Source of the DNA: Candidatus Marinacidobacterales bacterium
GTDB lineage: Bacteria > Acidobacteriota > Vicinamibacteria > Marinacidobacterales > SMYC01
DNA: 64,000 bases
NCBI GenBank assembly: GCA_965237685.1
Contig: CBDEGF010000004.1
Span: forward strand, 264,541-328,540
Reading direction: 5' to 3'
Positions 61,076-64,000 of the stretch are shown piece after piece. The notes below the pieces were generated by a model, which was given only the letters and a program-made list of their open reading frames with translations, made no database searches and was not told the origin of the DNA. Position 1 is the first letter of the stretch. Each line of letters begins with the position of its first letter. Both the position numbers and the translations under genes were made by a program.

Positions 61076-62089
61076 ATGACGAAGAAGTCTCTCTGGAAAC
61101 GCTGGCTCGGCGGGCTCGCCGGCATCGGCTTGCTCCTTGCTGCCGCGGCTCTGCTGGTTCCGGCAAACGTACGAAACACGGTCGTCCAGTTCGTAGCCGG
61201 CATCTACCGGCAGCCCCTGCTCTCGTTCGGCAGTTTCAACCTCACCATCGCCACGGTGGTGGAGTTCACGGTTTTCCTGACGATTCTTCTGATCGGCTCA
61301 CGCGTCGTGGGACGTGTTCTGCGGCGAAGAGTGCTCGTTTACCTGCCGATCGGCGCGGGTCCCAGGTACGCTATCTCCAAGGGCGTCGAGTACTTGGCCT
61401 TCGCACTGGGCCTCGTGGTAAGTCTGCACGCGATCGGGCTCAACCTGAGCAGCCTGGCGGTGCTGGGCGGCTTCGTGGGCATCGGCGTCGGCCTCGGTCT
61501 TCAGAACATCGCCAACAACTTCGTGTCGGGATTGATCCTGCTCCTGGAGCGCCCGATCAAGGTCGGCGACCGGGTCGAGGTCGCGAATCTCTCCGGAGAC
61601 GTCGTCAAGATCGAGAGCCGCGCAACCTGGGTGCGAACGAACGACAACGTCGTGATCATCATCCCCAACTCGGAGTTCGTGAGCCAGCGGGTGACGAACT
61701 GGACGGCAAACGACCGGCAAGTGCGTTTCAGCGTGCCGCTCGGCGTTTCCTACGGGAGCGATCCCGAGCAGATACGCGAGCTGCTACTGGAGGTCGCCCA
61801 ATCGGATCCGGATGTCCTCAGAAACCCGGTGCCCGACGTCCTGTTCGTGGGATTCGGAGACAGCTCCCTCGACTTCGAGCTGCGCGTGTGGACGATGTCG
61901 CGCGTGCAGACGCCGCACATCCTCAAGAGCAACCTTTACTTCGCCCTCTTCGAGATCTTCAAGAAGCACGACATCGAGATCCCTTTTCCGCAGCGGGATC
62001 TCCATGTCCGTTCCGCTCCCGGCCTCACCCGGCTCCCGGCCGCAGGCGGTCCGGCGGATCTCTCGGCCTCAGCTGCCGATGGCAATTAG
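61076..62089 (+). CDS. Small-conductance mechanosensitive channel (MscS family)
   Basis: N-terminal TM helices; LGGFVGIGVGLGLQNIANNFVSGLILLLERPIKVGDRVEV is the MscS pore-helix/beta-domain signature. Confidence 0.8.
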   Translation: MTKKSLWKRWLGGLAGIGLLLAAAALLVPANVRNTVVQFVAGIYRQPLLSFGSFNLTIATVVEFTVFLTILLIGSRVVGRVLRRRVLVYLPIGAGPRYAISKGVEYLAFALGLVVSLHAIGLNLSSLAVLGGFVGIGVGLGLQNIANNFVSGLILLLERPIKVGDRVEVANLSGDVVKIESRATWVRTNDNVVIIIPNSEFVSQRVTNWTANDRQVRFSVPLGVSYGSDPEQIRELLLEVAQSDPDVLRNPVPDVLFVGFGDSSLDFELRVWTMSRVQTPHILKSNLYFALFEIFKKHDIEIPFPQRDLHVRSAPGLTRLPAAGGPADLSASAADGN

Positions 62090-63370
62090 CTCCCGGTCGG
62101 TACGGAAATACCAGCGTCCGTCCACCAGGGCCGGCGAGGCCAGAGTCCGGGCGCCCAGCCGGTTGACATGGAGGAGCTTGAACTCGGCGCCTGCCTCCAC
62201 GACGAAGGTCTCACCCTCGTCGTTCGTCCAGAACACCTTCCCGTCCACCGCCACCGGCGAGGCGGAAAAGCCTTCCTTGCGCGCCGTTCCGAGCCTCCCC
62301 TGGAACATCACCTTGCCGGTCTTCGCCTCGAAGGCGGTCACCACGCTCACTATATCGTTGATGGTATAGAGGTAGTCGCCAACGATGATCCCCGAAGGGA
62401 TGAAAGGTGCTCCCTTGGGACTCTTCCAGGCGATGTGTGTTTCCGTGACGTCGCCGCTCCCGCCGGGCCGAATGGCAAGCGTGGGCCCCGCCCGGCCCGA
62501 GGAGCAGAACACGAGGTCGTGCCCGACCACCGGCGTGGGAATGACCTCGAAGAGGTTTCCCGCCGCACTCCAGAGCTCTTTCCCCGTGCCGGGATCGTAG
62601 GCCGAGACGCGCTTCTGACTGCTCACGATGAGCTCGTCGCGCTCGCCCGTACGGATGACGACCGGCGTGCCCCAGCCCGTCGTCGCCGTTCGGTCGGTTC
62701 GCCACACGGTCTTCCCGCTGTCCTTCTGAAAGGCGGCGACGAAGGACTCGGTCTCGTCCGTTCCTCGGTGATCCTGATAGAGGATGACCGTGTCCTCGTA
62801 CAGGAGGGGCGAGCCGGCGGACCCGTGGTAGTTGTCGAGCCGGCCGACTTCGCGATGCCAGACGATCTTCCCGTCGAAGTCCATCGCAACCAGACCATGC
62901 GTCCCGAAGGAGACGTAGATCTTCTGTCCGTCGGTGACCGGCGTCGCCGAGGCGTGACCGTTCTTCGTGTGCGCGTGCTCGACGCCTTTCTGCGGGGCGA
63001 ACGTTTCCCATAGCAGCTCGCCATCGCTCCGACGGAAACACAGAAGGGAGAGCTTCGCGCCACCGTCGCGGGCGGTGGTCAGGAAGATGCGATCGCCCCA
63101 GACGATCGGAGACGAGTTGCCGCTCCCGGCAACGCTGGCCTTCCAGACGACGTTGTCCGTGTCGGACCAGGTGTCGGGATAACCGGTGCCCTCGACATGG
63201 CCCTGGCCGGAGGGCCCGCGCCATCGCGGCCAGTACTTCGCACCTTCGCCCTCGACTTCGACCATGTGGACCGACTCGGCCGCACGGACGGGCTCGTCGT
63301 AGCGCACCGTGGCGGTGAGGGCCACCGAGAGACTCACCCCAACCAGCGTCGCCGAACTGAGCTTGTTCAT
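62069..63370 (-). CDS. Secreted PQQ-like beta-propeller repeat protein
   Basis: Signal MNKLSSATLVGVSLSVALTAT. Repeated SSPIVWGDRIF / GELLWET / GKELWSAAG propeller blades. Confidence 0.7.
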   Translation of the reverse strand: MNKLSSATLVGVSLSVALTATVRYDEPVRAAESVHMVEVEGEGAKYWPRWRGPSGQGHVEGTGYPDTWSDTDNVVWKASVAGSGNSSPIVWGDRIFLTTARDGGAKLSLLCFRRSDGELLWETFAPQKGVEHAHTKNGHASATPVTDGQKIYVSFGTHGLVAMDFDGKIVWHREVGRLDNYHGSAGSPLLYEDTVILYQDHRGTDETESFVAAFQKDSGKTVWRTDRTATTGWGTPVVIRTGERDELIVSSQKRVSAYDPGTGKELWSAAGNLFEVIPTPVVGHDLVFCSSGRAGPTLAIRPGGSGDVTETHIAWKSPKGAPFIPSGIIVGDYLYTINDIVSVVTAFEAKTGKVMFQGRLGTARKEGFSASPVAVDGKVFWTNDEGETFVVEAGAEFKLLHVNRLGARTLASPALVDGRWYFRTDRELIAIGS

Positions 63371-63434
63371 GAAGACGCTCCTCTCATACCTTTCATCCCT
63401 CTAACATCGTCATTCTGCCGCACGCGGGTCGCCA

Positions 63435-63512
63435 AACCAAAAGAAAACGAAAAGGCGCAAAGACCACGGAAGGCGAAGAGTCGTAAACCCTTGCGATCTT
63501 TGCGACTTCGCG
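63435..63512. repeat. Second copy of the CGCAAAGAC / CGCGAAGTCGCAAAGATCGCAAG repeat, internally palindromic
   Basis: See 5040-5085. Confidence 0.5.
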
Positions 63513-63575
63513 TGGATCCTGTTTTTTGGGTGCGGGTTCCCTGCCCTGCGCCTTTGCGTTGGGTTTTTCCCGTTC

Positions 63576-64000
63576 TCACAGGAAATTCCCGAGCGGTGGG
63601 CCCGGCGGCAACGGATAACGCGAGCGCGGACGACGACCCCAGGCGGGGGCGGCCGACTCGGGCGCCACCCCGGCCGGGTCTTCCAGATAGCGCGCGATGT
63701 CCCGCTCGGCCTGTCTCAAATGGGCCTCCGTGACCGCATCGTCGTCGTGACGAGCGGCGAGCGAGGCACCGAGCACCGCCACTCGCTGAAGCACCACCGC
63801 ACGCACATCCGCCGTGGCCTCAGGGTGGGCGCCGAAAATCATCATCGAGTCCAGCGCGACCTGCTCGGCCACGCGCCGCAGGGACCGCTGGCGCTTTTCT
63901 GCGGCTCACGGCGCTCCCCACGTAGCCTCGACGATCGCGTCGAGCACCTGGGGTAGCGTCAGGGCGTTCTCCTGGCGGTCGGCGAAGGCGACGAGACGCG
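63576..64000 (-). CDS. Hypothetical protein, partial (runs off window end), with an in-frame TGA at 63901-63903 (complement) 9 codons upstream of a GTG
   Basis: ...LVAFADRQENALTLPQVLDAIVEATWGAP-TGA-AAEKRQRSLRR-V(GTG)AEQVALDSMMIFGAHPEATADVRAVVLQRVAVLGASLAARHDD... Either two adjacent genes in the same frame or one gene with a stop. Confidence 0.25.

Overview
This is a high-GC (~66%) bacterial chromosomal window whose gene content looks Acidobacteria-like. Supporting genes: a carboxypeptidase-regulatory-domain TonB-dependent receptor, ADOP-type FtsX permease paralogs, an ASPIC/UnbV protein, PQQ beta-propeller, DUF885, and TM2 proteins.

1. **Ordinary region, 1-29 kb.** Mostly ordinary chromosome:
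- a vapBC toxin-antitoxin pair and recQ;
- a coherent extracytoplasmic nucleoside-scavenging locus: two signal-peptide nucleoside hydrolases, a sugar permease and ribokinase in one operon, a divergent TonB-dependent receptor, and a third cytoplasmic hydrolase;
- peptidases, and a NUDIX-DUF885-DUF962 operon.

2. **Accessory region, 29.5-55.5 kb.** Heavily scarred by mobile elements:
- two diverged partial copies of an IS66-family element in inverted orientation (30870-34308 and 53459-55498) bracket about 19 kb of cargo-like DNA;
- in both copies the IS66-type TnpC is translationally coupled to a conserved 304-aa accessory ORF instead of the canonical TnpA/TnpB;
- two MITE-like elements have 21-bp terminal inverted repeats and 5-bp target duplications;
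- at least four families of dispersed intergenic repeats are present;
- there are many gene fragments: hicA, SDR, amidohydrolase, ADOP permease, gamma-glutamyltransferase, and aminotransferase.

3. **Right end.** A DAACS symporter, metH, MscS and a PQQ-propeller protein.

4. **Most notable single gene.** A SurA_N + DsbA-like thioredoxin-fold gene (37191-38246, minus strand) carries an in-frame TGA exactly at the first Cys of its CxxC motif (UPYC). A stem-loop starts 5 nt after the UGA, and its main stem begins at +11 nt, the spacing of a bacterial SECIS element. It is a candidate selenoprotein.

5. **Other oddities.**
- A 14-bp tandem array of Shine-Dalgarno plus start-codon units creates MRRGS mini-ORFs between a GNAT gene and a MocR regulator.
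- A 17-bp palindromic motif (ACAAGTGCCTGGCACCT) recurs in three intergenic regions.
- The window has a very high density of frameshifted or nonsense-interrupted genes: at least 6 frameshifts and 4 in-frame stops. These are either true pseudogenes or assembly indel errors.

No rRNA, tRNA or CRISPR array was recognised.
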